Positions 50,810-59,260 of a stretch of DNA of 64,000 nucleotides are shown here, piece by piece. The position numbers and the translations under genes were made by a program. The stretch's first letter is position 1, and every line of letters starts with the position of its first letter. Source of the DNA: an uncultured archaeon (GTDB taxonomy: Archaea; Aenigmatarchaeota; Aenigmatarchaeia; CG10238-14; SCSR01); contig CAZMWU010000001.1 of NCBI GenBank assembly GCA_964570195.1, positions 7,433-71,432 on the forward strand, in the 5' to 3' direction. Under the pieces are notes generated by a model. That model was not told the DNA's origin. It did no database searches and was given only the letters and a program-made list of their open reading frames with translations.

Positions 50810-51553
50810 TTAAGCGTCTCTCTTCAGTCTCTGCACCAAGTCAGTCAATGCTCTGACAGATTCTATCAATGCCGGTAACGTCTCCTTGAAAGCTTTCTCC
50901 AGGCCGCCAATTCTCGTATCGATATCACCAACACCTTCTTTGAAAATCTCTATCTTGCTTAAAATCTGCGTCTGTTCAGCATTCCTCAAATTCATTATTT
51001 CGCTTATCCTGTCGCCAACTTCCTCAATTCTTCTTTCAATCTCCTGGGCCTTGACAGAGAATTCTGTCATCTTCTGGTTTATCTCACCCATTCTCGCCTG
51101 CACAACATAGTCGACATATTCCTCAGTAGGATAATTCTGTTGGCTACCCTGGTAATATTCTTGAGGCAATGAGGTTTCTGGTAGCTGTGGTGTTTGTTGC
51201 TGTTGCTTTGGTATGATTTCCTCCAATGTAGGCAAAGCAGACTCGCTTCTAGGAGGTTCTGTCGGCATTCCTTCTGTCGGGCTGGTTGCAGCGAACTTCA
51301 AAGCTTGCGTCAATCCATTATCAATCTCTTCAGGCGAGTAGCCTTCTTTCCTCAGAACATCAATTACTTCCACTTCAGAAAAACCTCTCCCAGTCAGATC
51401 CCTCACCCTTTCAACGGGTATAGAGCCTTTTCCTTTAGCCAAAGGATTCTTCAAAAAGGGTAAAGCCATTATTCCACTATAATTAATTCCCTTTTTAATT
51501 AATATAATCCCAAGCTTTGTATACAAACATGAAGACAAGACTGGTAATCGCAA
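50810..51553 (-). CDS. Hypothetical protein with a small N-terminal helical domain, a Pro/Gln-rich linker and a C-terminal coiled coil. The likely start is the internal ATG giving MALPFLK.
   Basis: Low-complexity QQQTPQLPE linker followed by heptad-like E/R/I repeats. Confidence 0.35.
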   Translation of the reverse strand: MRLPVLSSCLYTKLGIILIKKGINYSGIMALPFLKNPLAKGKGSIPVERVRDLTGRGFSEVEVIDVLRKEGYSPEEIDNGLTQALKFAATSPTEGMPTEPPRSESALPTLEEIIPKQQQQTPQLPETSLPQEYYQGSQQNYPTEEYVDYVVQARMGEINQKMTEFSVKAQEIERRIEEVGDRISEIMNLRNAEQTQILSKIEIFKEGVGDIDTRIGGLEKAFKETLPALIESVRALTDLVQRLKRDA

Positions 51554-51939
51554 TAATTTTGTTTTTTGCTATTGTAGCGTCTTATTACTTGTCGCCGAGG
51601 CTAAGCGGCAATTCAAGTGCAGTTGATGAAAATAGAATTGTGGAAGTGGAAATGGCCATAACACACGGTGGCTATATGCCTAATAATATAACAGTAAACC
51701 TAGGAGATAAGGTCAGAATTTTAGCAATAACAACCGACCCTTCACATAGCCATGGAATAACTATCAATGAATTAAAAATTAATAAAGTAGTTTCGAAAAC
51801 ATCACCCTCTGACCCTGAAATAATAGAATTCATTGCAGGTAAATCGGGAATATTTGAAATCTATTGCAAAAGCTGTTCTGACGGTCCAATTGGTTCCCAT
51901 CCATGGTTGAAAGGTACATTGGAAATTTTATCTGATTAA
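51517..51939 (+). CDS. Small membrane-anchored or secreted cupredoxin-like beta-sandwich protein.
   Basis: N-terminal TM helix or signal; NITVNLGDKVRI...H.H...C..C....H pattern typical of the cupredoxin fold; the metal site is non-canonical. Confidence 0.35.
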   Translation: MYTNMKTRLVIAIILFFAIVASYYLSPRLSGNSSAVDENRIVEVEMAITHGGYMPNNITVNLGDKVRILAITTDPSHSHGITINELKINKVVSKTSPSDPEIIEFIAGKSGIFEIYCKSCSDGPIGSHPWLKGTLEILSD

Positions 51940-52364
51940 GTCTTTTTGTTCTTTGGGGTTCTGTAATCAAACATCTTTTCTACTTCGTCTCTTGTTACAA
52001 ACTTGGCAGTAATAGGATTTATCAAGTCTATGAAAGTCTCTATTTGTTTCAATTCCCTTTTCGTCGCAGTCTTGGACAATTCTTTGCTCAATCTTAAAAT
52101 CTCGCCTTCTATGCTCAAGAGCTTCTCCGACACAGACACAATTTTATTGTTTATTTTTTCGAGCGACAGCTTCAGGTCATTTAATTGGGTTAGCGTATTT
52201 TCTTGCAGGGACTCCAATGAACTTTCCAATCTGTCAATTCTCTGCTCTATAATTCTGATTCTTCTTGTATCTTCGTTTATTCTTTTGACGAGCTCTGTTG
52301 TTACTTTTGTAACATCTTCTTCATGCCTCTCGAAAGGCAATGTTGGTAGGGATGGTAAGGCCAT
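51936..52364 (-). CDS. Hypothetical coiled-coil protein (142 aa).
   Basis: Continuous heptad-like pattern; divergent from the pilus ATPase gene. Confidence 0.35.
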   Translation of the reverse strand: MALPSLPTLPFERHEEDVTKVTTELVKRINEDTRRIRIIEQRIDRLESSLESLQENTLTQLNDLKLSLEKINNKIVSVSEKLLSIEGEILRLSKELSKTATKRELKQIETFIDLINPITAKFVTRDEVEKMFDYRTPKNKKT

Positions 52365-52409
52365 TATAAAAGATTTGTTTAACTACGCAAATAAATTAAA
52401 TAGGGTGAA

Positions 52410-54650
52410 TTGTTGGCTGTTGAATACGAAGTTGTCGATGGGGCTCTGAGGATAAATTGCATCAACTGGGCGATTGCCCCAAGCATAGAAGATTCCGATG
52501 CGACTATGGCAATTGTGATTGACACGCTGTTGCGAGCAAGGGATGCTGACAGGGTTGTTCTGATAGAAACTCGCGAGAACGAGTATGATGCAGAACAGAC
52601 AAAAATGCTACGCGAGATAGCAGATGCTTACAATCGGATTCTGAATATCGACAAGACAATAAGTCTGCAAAACTTTGGTCCATCACAATGCGAAAAACTT
52701 TTTCCGAAAAGATTAGCAGATTTGCAATTTTTGGTTTTAGAAATCCTGCGAAAGGATCCTATCGGCGCTTATTTGCGGACAGTTAAGATGGTAAACGCAA
52801 ACAAAGTCTTGGAAGGGACTGCTCCGTTAGAACAAAAAATTTGTTTCACACATTATTTGGACAATGCATTAATTCCAATCAAAAATATTCTTGAGGGATG
52901 CACGCTGATTCAGAAGGCTTTGCCTATTTTGCAAAATTACCAGATTGGTAGCAGGGACGTATATCGCGAAATATTTTCACCAACTGTCAGGCCCAACTTC
53001 ATGTTGACAAGATTTATGCTGGCAATTCCAAAGGGGGCGAGGATGGTTGGCAAATATTCTCTTGTTGGTGCTGAAGTCGAGATATACAAACTGCCAACAA
53101 AAGTGCGACATCTGTATCATATAACCCCGAAAGAATTTATTCTAAGTGACGAAAAATACACAATATTGGATTCTGCTAGGAGATATTTGGCTGCGCACAG
53201 ACCAACAGAAGCCGAAGCAGTCGAACCAGAAAAATCAAGGGAACTTTTTAAAAATTTGGGAAGAGATTTGGTAAGAGACGTATCAAGAAGCATGAATGTG
53301 AATTTGACCGCAGCTGAAATAGAGGAACTGGCAATAATATTGTCGAGATATACTGCAGGTTATGGTATTTTAGAGCTTTTACTATCCGACGAAAAAATTC
53401 AGGATATTTTTGTCAACGCTCCCATCGGTACAACTCCTATTTACATAAATCATTCAGATTTCGAAGAATGTGAAACAAATTTAATGCCTACGAGTGAAGA
53501 CGCAGAATCATGGGCAACAAGATTTAGATTGTATTCAGGCAGACCACTTGACGAATCTAACCCAGTTTTGGACACAGAGTTATTGGTTCCTGGTGGAAGG
53601 GCGAGAGTTGCAGCCATAACAAAAAGCCTGTCACCAGAAGGCCTTGCATTTGCATTCAGAAGACATAGAGAAAAACCATGGACTTTCCCCCTGTTCATTA
53701 AAAATAGAATGTTTGATTCTCTTTATGCAGGGTTGATGAGTTTCATTATAGATGGTGGCAGAGCTCTACTTGTTGCGGGTGGAAGAGGATCCGGAAAAAC
53801 TTCTGTTCTGAATGCCCTAATGCTAGAAATAATGCCCAAATTCAGAATCATCACAACCGAGGATACACTTGAAATTGCTGTTCCGGAAATGCGAAAGCTT
53901 GGCTTCAACATTGAAAGGATGAAATCACGTTCTGTAATTACGAAAGTAGAAACAGAGTTGCCGGCAGACGAAGCGTTAAGAACCGCATTGAGATTGGGCG
54001 ATTCCGTTTTGATTATAGGCGAGGTACGTTCTGTAGAGTCACTTGCTTTATTTGAAGCCATGAGAATTGGTGCGATGGCTAATGTAGTTGCAGGTACGAT
54101 ACATGGTGAATCTGCATACGGTGTTTATGACAGGGTTGTTCACGACCTTGGTGTCCCACCGACGAGCTTCAAAGCTTTGGATTTAATCACAATTTGTAAT
54201 CAATTAAAATCTCCAGATGGTTTGCACAAATTCAGGCGTGTAACGGAATTGACCGAAGTCAGGAAACAATGGAAAAATGATCCTTTGGATGAAGGAGGTT
54301 TTGTCAATTTAATGGAGTATTCTGCAAAGGAAGACAAGCTCAAGCCTACTGACACTTTGATTGACGGCGAGTCGCAGGTGTTGAATGAAATCGCTAGAAG
54401 AGTTAGGGAGTGGCGTGGCCAATGGGACGCCGTCTGGGACAACATTCTGTTAAGAACGAAGATAAAGGAGACAATGGTTAATTTTGCAGCCAACTTGGGC
54501 AAGGACAATATTCTTGAGGCAGAACATGTTGTTGAATCAAATGCCATGTTCCATCTTATTTCAGAGCAGGTTCGCCAAGAGGTTGGTGCACTGGATTCGA
54601 AGATGATATACGACAAATGGTTGGAGTGGTTTAAGAAAAGAATTGGTTAA
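52410..54650 (+). CDS. Type IV pilus/archaellum-type secretion ATPase (PilB/GspE/FlaI/TadA/VirB11 superfamily) with a long N-terminal extension. TTG start.
   Basis: Walker A VAGGRGSGKTSVLNAL; TTEDTLEIA; Walker B-like LIIGEVRSVE; His-box GTIHGES. Confidence 0.8.
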   Translation: MLAVEYEVVDGALRINCINWAIAPSIEDSDATMAIVIDTLLRARDADRVVLIETRENEYDAEQTKMLREIADAYNRILNIDKTISLQNFGPSQCEKLFPKRLADLQFLVLEILRKDPIGAYLRTVKMVNANKVLEGTAPLEQKICFTHYLDNALIPIKNILEGCTLIQKALPILQNYQIGSRDVYREIFSPTVRPNFMLTRFMLAIPKGARMVGKYSLVGAEVEIYKLPTKVRHLYHITPKEFILSDEKYTILDSARRYLAAHRPTEAEAVEPEKSRELFKNLGRDLVRDVSRSMNVNLTAAEIEELAIILSRYTAGYGILELLLSDEKIQDIFVNAPIGTTPIYINHSDFEECETNLMPTSEDAESWATRFRLYSGRPLDESNPVLDTELLVPGGRARVAAITKSLSPEGLAFAFRRHREKPWTFPLFIKNRMFDSLYAGLMSFIIDGGRALLVAGGRGSGKTSVLNALMLEIMPKFRIITTEDTLEIAVPEMRKLGFNIERMKSRSVITKVETELPADEALRTALRLGDSVLIIGEVRSVESLALFEAMRIGAMANVVAGTIHGESAYGVYDRVVHDLGVPPTSFKALDLITICNQLKSPDGLHKFRRVTELTEVRKQWKNDPLDEGGFVNLMEYSAKEDKLKPTDTLIDGESQVLNEIARRVREWRGQWDAVWDNILLRTKIKETMVNFAANLGKDNILEAEHVVESNAMFHLISEQVRQEVGALDSKMIYDKWLEWFKKRIG

Positions 54651-54668
54651 GGAAATCAAATAATAATT

Positions 54669-55034
54669 ATGATGAAAGGCGTAGCTATACCATATGTGAT
54701 AGCATTAATTCTTGGTGTGGTTGTGATTGGAATCCTAGGCTACTGGTTTGTTTCATATGGTGGCAGTGCGATTGGAACTGGTACACAGGCTGAATGTGAT
54801 GCATCGGATTTTAATTATTGTAAAGGATTTGTAAAAACATGGGACACAAAATGTGGAGAGCCAAATTGTGGTGAAATTAGCCCAGCAAAATGTGGCAACA
54901 CTATAAAAGAAGAAGAGGAACAGTGTGATCCACCTGGTTCTACTGAAATTAAAGATATCAAAGGTGTAGGTAAATGTACCTATAATTGTGGTGACAATTG
55001 TAAAGTTGTTAGTATATCTTGCAAGCCACCATAG
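54669..55034 (+). CDS. Pilin-like protein with a class-III signal peptide and a Cys-rich C-terminal domain (paralog 1).
   Basis: MMKG|VAIPYVIALILGVVVIG fits the [KR][GA]|hydrophobic consensus; 12 Cys in the C-terminal 75 aa. Confidence 0.55.
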   Translation: MMKGVAIPYVIALILGVVVIGILGYWFVSYGGSAIGTGTQAECDASDFNYCKGFVKTWDTKCGEPNCGEISPAKCGNTIKEEEEQCDPPGSTEIKDIKGVGKCTYNCGDNCKVVSISCKPP

Positions 55035-55065
55035 CGATTATCTTTATAAAAGCTAAATATAAATT

Positions 55066-55344
55066 ATGAAAGCAGTTGCCATACCTTATGTCATCGCACT
55101 TATTCTAGGAATAATGGTTGTTGGCATTCTTGCATACTGGCTTATTAATCAAGCTGGTAAAACAACAGCCCAAGGAGCTAGTGCAGAATGCCAAGGAAAG
55201 ATATTTTCATACTGCTTAGCATGGGATGCCCAAGGGAAGAAGTGTAGCGATGGCCAACCATCTTCTTTTGATTGGGGAAATAAATGTACTAAACCCAGTG
55301 ATTTCAAGATAGATAATTGTAAGTCCCTAGGCATTTGTACTTGA
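55066..55344 (+). CDS. Pilin-like protein with a class-III signal peptide and a Cys-rich domain (paralog 2).
   Basis: MKA|VAIPYVIALILGIMVVG N-terminus; 6 Cys. Confidence 0.55.
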   Translation: MKAVAIPYVIALILGIMVVGILAYWLINQAGKTTAQGASAECQGKIFSYCLAWDAQGKKCSDGQPSSFDWGNKCTKPSDFKIDNCKSLGICT

Positions 55345-55395
55345 GCATTTGAAGATATTTCATAAATCTTTAGTTATAGAAATCAAATAATAATT

Positions 55396-55707
55396 ATGAG
55401 AAAAGCAGTTGCCATACCTTATGTCATAGCCCTGATTATCGGAGTCGTGGTAGTCGCAGTTCTAGCTTACTGGTTTATTTCTTCTGCAGGTAAAGGTAGC
55501 AGCATCGGGACAGAGGCAGAGTGCACAGCAAGAAAGGTCGAATACTGTACCACACAAGTTACTGACGTTTGGAATAAATTTAAACAAGTCTGCGGCAATG
55601 ACGAATGGTCAAAAGCCGGATCATGCTACAATTTTTGCTCAAGCATAGTTCCGAGTTGGAAATCTACAAATAGTCAAGGTGGATCCTGTGCCCAATCCAC
55701 TCCTTAA
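55396..55707 (+). CDS. Pilin-like protein with a class-III signal peptide and a Cys-rich domain (paralog 3).
   Basis: MRKA|VAIPYVIALIIGVVVVA N-terminus; 7 Cys. The 20 nt up to and including the start codon, gaaatcaaataataattatg, are identical to those of paralog 1. Confidence 0.55.
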   Translation: MRKAVAIPYVIALIIGVVVVAVLAYWFISSAGKGSSIGTEAECTARKVEYCTTQVTDVWNKFKQVCGNDEWSKAGSCYNFCSSIVPSWKSTNSQGGSCAQSTP

Positions 55708-55773
55708 GAATCCTCGGAATGAATTAAAGAAATAAGTATAATCTTAATCTCTCCGCACGCTAAATTCTAACTA

Positions 55774-57738
55774 ATGCCAATAATTTCCCGCGAGTATGAG
55801 AAATTCCTTAGAGAGGAACAGTTAGCCAAGAAACTCACTTTCTACGAAAGATCATGCCGGTTATCAGAAAAAATTCTACCACTGTCACCACCATTTAAAG
55901 GTCTCAAAGAAAAATATAAAGAATCAATTGAATTCTCACACCTCAAGATAACACCAAAAGGTGCATTTTCCCTCTCGCTTATAACAACATTGTTAATTTT
56001 CATCGTTTCTCTAATAGCATTAGTAATATTGAATTCGTTCACTTCCTCTTCACTTATCCTCTCATCTATCCTGTCTTTAATAACATTTTACTTTTTTGTT
56101 GTCTATCCCAATCACCACGCAACTGTATTCAGAATCAATGCATCATCAGAAATGGTACTTGCAACAATCTACATGAGCATCTCAATGCATATATCACCTA
56201 ATTTGGAAAATGCGATTAAATTTGCTTCAAATAATTTGAAGGGGTCACTGTCAGTAGATTTGCGTGAATTATTGTGGGATGTGTACACTAGGAAATATGA
56301 TAAAATTGAGGATGCTTTAGATTCCTTTATTGTAAAATGGAAAAAAGACAATAAAGAGTTCGCAGAGTCGTTGTATCTTATTAAAAATTCCGGTGCAGAA
56401 TCTCAAGAAAAACGAGAAAGATTTTTGGATGAAGCAGTCTCTGTTATGTTAGATGGCACTAAAGAAAGAATGCGATTATACTCGCGCCAGCTAAAAGAAC
56501 CGGTCACAATTTTAAACGCCCTAGGGATTCTCTTGCCTATAATAGGCTTGGTTTTCTTTCCAATAATCAGTCTATTCTTGCCGGAATTAATCCAGCCTAT
56601 TTTTCTTGTAGTGGGTTATGATTTCTTTCTTCCTCTAATAGTCTTCCTTTTCATGAATAGTTATCTGGAAAAAAGACCCTACAGTTTACATCAGCCAGAT
56701 TTGAGTAAACATCCCGATTTTTCTACTGTCAAATTTTATGAAAAACCATATACTATACCACTGTTAGTTTCCTTGCCGTTGATTGCAATAGGCTTGGTTA
56801 ATATAATAGGAAAAAAGGACCTTTTTAGTTTCGGTCTACTTGTATACTCGATGTTAATCACATTAGGTTTGTTTATCGGGATTGCTACTTATTCTGCACT
56901 GTCTGTCAAAAGGAAGCTGAAAATAAGAAAAGAAATTGCAAGCATAGAAAGCGAATTCGCTGAGACATTATTTCAGTTGGGTAGCATGATACTGCGAGGA
57001 ACACCATTAGAAACAGCTTTAAGAAGAGTTAAAGAAGACATTAAGAATCTGAAAATTGCGCAATTCTTCGATAAAATATTATACAATATAGAAACATTTG
57101 GTTTGACATTCGAAAATGCTGTCTTCGACAAGACATACGGCGCAATAAATTATTATCCGTCTAATATAGTCGAATCTGCGATGCATGTAATAGTCGAGAC
57201 TTCAAAAAAAGGAATGCAAAGCGCATCCAAATCAATGATAATCATCTCCAAATACCTGAAAGATATGCATGAGGTAGAAGAAGATTTAAAAAATATGTTG
57301 GAAGAAGTGACATCAACAATGAATATACAGAGTATTCTCCTTGCTCCTTTGAGTGCAGGCGTTGTAGTCACTATTGCTGTTATAATGACGAGGCTTTTAG
57401 TTAATCTGGGGGAGACTTTAACTTCCGTTTATTCAGAGGTAGGTTCGGCTCTAGGCCCTGCTGGTGATATAGGTACAGGAGTCATATCGTCAATAGTCAA
57501 TTTAAGTGCGATCATACCAATTCACGGTTTTCAATTAATTGTTGGCGTATATATTGTTGAGATTGTGACCATTATCGCGATTACACTGAGCACAATTACA
57601 AACGGTGACGAGGGTTTAATGAAAAGGTTGACGATATCAAAACATCTCACTTACAGTTGTATCGTGTATTTCATAACTTTGTTATCCACATACTTTTTAT
57701 TCACCTCGGTTATTTCAATAGAGAAGTTAATAATCTGA
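55774..57738 (+). CDS. FlaJ/TadC/PilC-like polytopic platform protein of a type IV pilus-like system.
   Basis: 654 aa; two blocks of TM helices separated by cytoplasmic helical domains; located between the ATPase and the pilin-like genes. Confidence 0.55.
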   Translation: MPIISREYEKFLREEQLAKKLTFYERSCRLSEKILPLSPPFKGLKEKYKESIEFSHLKITPKGAFSLSLITTLLIFIVSLIALVILNSFTSSSLILSSILSLITFYFFVVYPNHHATVFRINASSEMVLATIYMSISMHISPNLENAIKFASNNLKGSLSVDLRELLWDVYTRKYDKIEDALDSFIVKWKKDNKEFAESLYLIKNSGAESQEKRERFLDEAVSVMLDGTKERMRLYSRQLKEPVTILNALGILLPIIGLVFFPIISLFLPELIQPIFLVVGYDFFLPLIVFLFMNSYLEKRPYSLHQPDLSKHPDFSTVKFYEKPYTIPLLVSLPLIAIGLVNIIGKKDLFSFGLLVYSMLITLGLFIGIATYSALSVKRKLKIRKEIASIESEFAETLFQLGSMILRGTPLETALRRVKEDIKNLKIAQFFDKILYNIETFGLTFENAVFDKTYGAINYYPSNIVESAMHVIVETSKKGMQSASKSMIIISKYLKDMHEVEEDLKNMLEEVTSTMNIQSILLAPLSAGVVVTIAVIMTRLLVNLGETLTSVYSEVGSALGPAGDIGTGVISSIVNLSAIIPIHGFQLIVGVYIVEIVTIIAITLSTITNGDEGLMKRLTISKHLTYSCIVYFITLLSTYFLFTSVISIEKLII

Positions 57739-57754
57739 AAATCAAAATTAGATT

Positions 57755-57868
57755 ATGAGGAAAGCTGTTATTTCTGTTTCTTTATGGTTTATTGTCACGC
57801 TGATCATGGTTTTAATTATTATAATGGCGGCTTTTACCATAGTGCAGAAAGGAATGTTGGTTAAATGA
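57755..57868 (+). CDS. Unannotated 37-aa micro-ORF encoding a pilin-like single-TM peptide (MRKAVISVSLWFIVTLIMVLIIIMAAFTIVQKGMLVK). It is below the length cutoff of the ORF track.
   Basis: The N-terminus MRKA|V matches the neighbouring class-III signal paralogs; ATGA overlap with the next gene. Confidence 0.3.
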   Translation: MRKAVISVSLWFIVTLIMVLIIIMAAFTIVQKGMLVK

Positions 57869-58224
57869 GAAAAGCAATCGGAATGGCATTGCAAATTTTA
57901 ATCGGGGTTATATTCATGATACTTGGTCTGATTGTTGTCTGGTCTTTTACTGAAAAGGTATCCGGATTTTCCCTTGGACTTCTTCTAGGCACAACAGCTA
58001 AAAATGCTTACTGTGGAATAGCAGGTAGTCCTGTCAAAGGAGGTATTTCGGGAGGTGCACTCGGTTTGGCTGTAGGCGGAGGTATATGTGCGGCAGGGGT
58101 GGTAGGTGCTTTCTTTACAGGGGGAATATCTCTCTCTGCTTGTGTCTTAGGTGCTAAAATAGGAGCTGGGATTGCTGTTGGGGCTGGGATAGCGGGTGCC
58201 GCATACTCGGCAACTGCATGCTAG
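57865..58224 (+). CDS. Small Gly-zipper membrane protein with a class-III-like N-terminus.
   Basis: MRKA|IGMALQILIGVIFMILG followed by GxxxG/AxxxG repeats (GGISGGALGLAVGGGICAAGVVGAFF). Confidence 0.4.
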   Translation: MRKAIGMALQILIGVIFMILGLIVVWSFTEKVSGFSLGLLLGTTAKNAYCGIAGSPVKGGISGGALGLAVGGGICAAGVVGAFFTGGISLSACVLGAKIGAGIAVGAGIAGAAYSATAC

Positions 58225-58264
58225 TAATCAAGTTATTTATCGTCTTTTAACCTAATTACAATCA

Positions 58265-59248
58265 ATGTCCAAAGCCATGGCTATTGAAGGTGTGGGAAAG
58301 ATTTTCATTATGATAGCTGTTCTTGTTGTCGGTATTGCCTTTCTGGTGAAAGCTCTAGGGATTGACCCTTTCGGATGGCTAGAAAAGAAGTTTGAGGGCA
58401 TCGATGTGCCAGAAACAGGCAAGGCCTTGCATGTTAGAATGGATGTGGATGCAAAACTTAAAGATGTATTTTCGTTCCATTTATTATCCGATAACGAAAT
58501 GCGGAAACACCATACAGATGAAGAGGGTAGTAGCTCTTATTATAGCCTATATTTTCAAATCGAATCAGATAAAGTAAAAAATCCGCTTGTCCTTGGAAAT
58601 TGTGTATTGTTAGTAACCGAGGAAGAAAAATCATCTTTTGGTATTGCTGGTGGAGCCGACAAATCTTATGTCTACTACATCAAATCCGGCACAATGATTC
58701 AAGATGATGACAAGCCCTGCCAATTTTTGGGACAATGCCTCTCTGACAAAAACTGGGATTATAAAAAATTAGTCGACAAGGGATATGGCTGTATTTCTGA
58801 TCAGGTGAGAGACGAAAATCCCAGTTGCGATAAATGTAAAAAAGCTGCAGCTCCATCTTACGATTGTATAGGTCCCTTTAGTGTTGTTAACTGTGCCGGT
58901 CAGGTTCTTCCAGGTCCCTTTGGTGATTGGCAAAAGAGTCCACCATGTGACAGCGATCACACGGTGATAAAAAATTTCGAATTCTCTGACGATATATTAA
59001 TATCCGATAGATGTGCAGAAGATGATCCAAGTGAATGCAATTTGCTAAATTATAGAGAAGTCGAAGGAAAAAGCATATTTGAAAGTAAAAGATTTATTGG
59101 CAGCAAAGTTAAATATGGCATCATCTGTGGCAATGACGGGTACTGGCATACCTGTAAACAAAACATCGAAGGAGAAGTTCCAACCCCAGATGGCACATAT
59201 ACATGTGACAGCAAGTTAGGTGGTGCAGTTTTCTATTGGAAAAAATAA
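58265..59248 (+). CDS. Secreted or membrane-anchored Cys-rich protein (327 aa) with a class-III-like N-terminus.
   Basis: MSKA|MAIEGVGKIFIMIAVLVVGIAF; about 20 Cys, including CDKCKK and CxxxC-type pairs. Confidence 0.45.
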   Translation: MSKAMAIEGVGKIFIMIAVLVVGIAFLVKALGIDPFGWLEKKFEGIDVPETGKALHVRMDVDAKLKDVFSFHLLSDNEMRKHHTDEEGSSSYYSLYFQIESDKVKNPLVLGNCVLLVTEEEKSSFGIAGGADKSYVYYIKSGTMIQDDDKPCQFLGQCLSDKNWDYKKLVDKGYGCISDQVRDENPSCDKCKKAAAPSYDCIGPFSVVNCAGQVLPGPFGDWQKSPPCDSDHTVIKNFEFSDDILISDRCAEDDPSECNLLNYREVEGKSIFESKRFIGSKVKYGIICGNDGYWHTCKQNIEGEVPTPDGTYTCDSKLGGAVFYWKK

Positions 59249-59260
59249 TCTGTGAAATAA

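Noticed and set aside
50810-51553. CdvA/ESCRT-type cell-division protein, suggested by coiled-coil architecture.
   Set aside because: No PRC-barrel or Snf7-like features were recognised, and neighbouring genes are not cdvB/cdvC. The coiled coil alone is not diagnostic.
54651-55707. Possible CRISPR-like or tandem repeat array suggested by repeated gaaatcaaataataattatg and gcagttgccataccttatgtcat segments.
   Set aside because: The repeats are the 5' ends of paralogous protein-coding genes. They are separated by about 0.7 kb of divergent coding sequence, not by short spacers, so this is gene duplication and not a CRISPR array.
52410-57738. Canonical archaellum (flaB, flaC-J) operon.
   Set aside because: No FlaB-type archaellin (about 200 aa, conserved N-terminal IGxLIVFIAxVLVAA-type domain plus a large globular domain) and no FlaF/G/H-like genes are recognisable. 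A non-motility pilus-like system is more consistent with the gene content.
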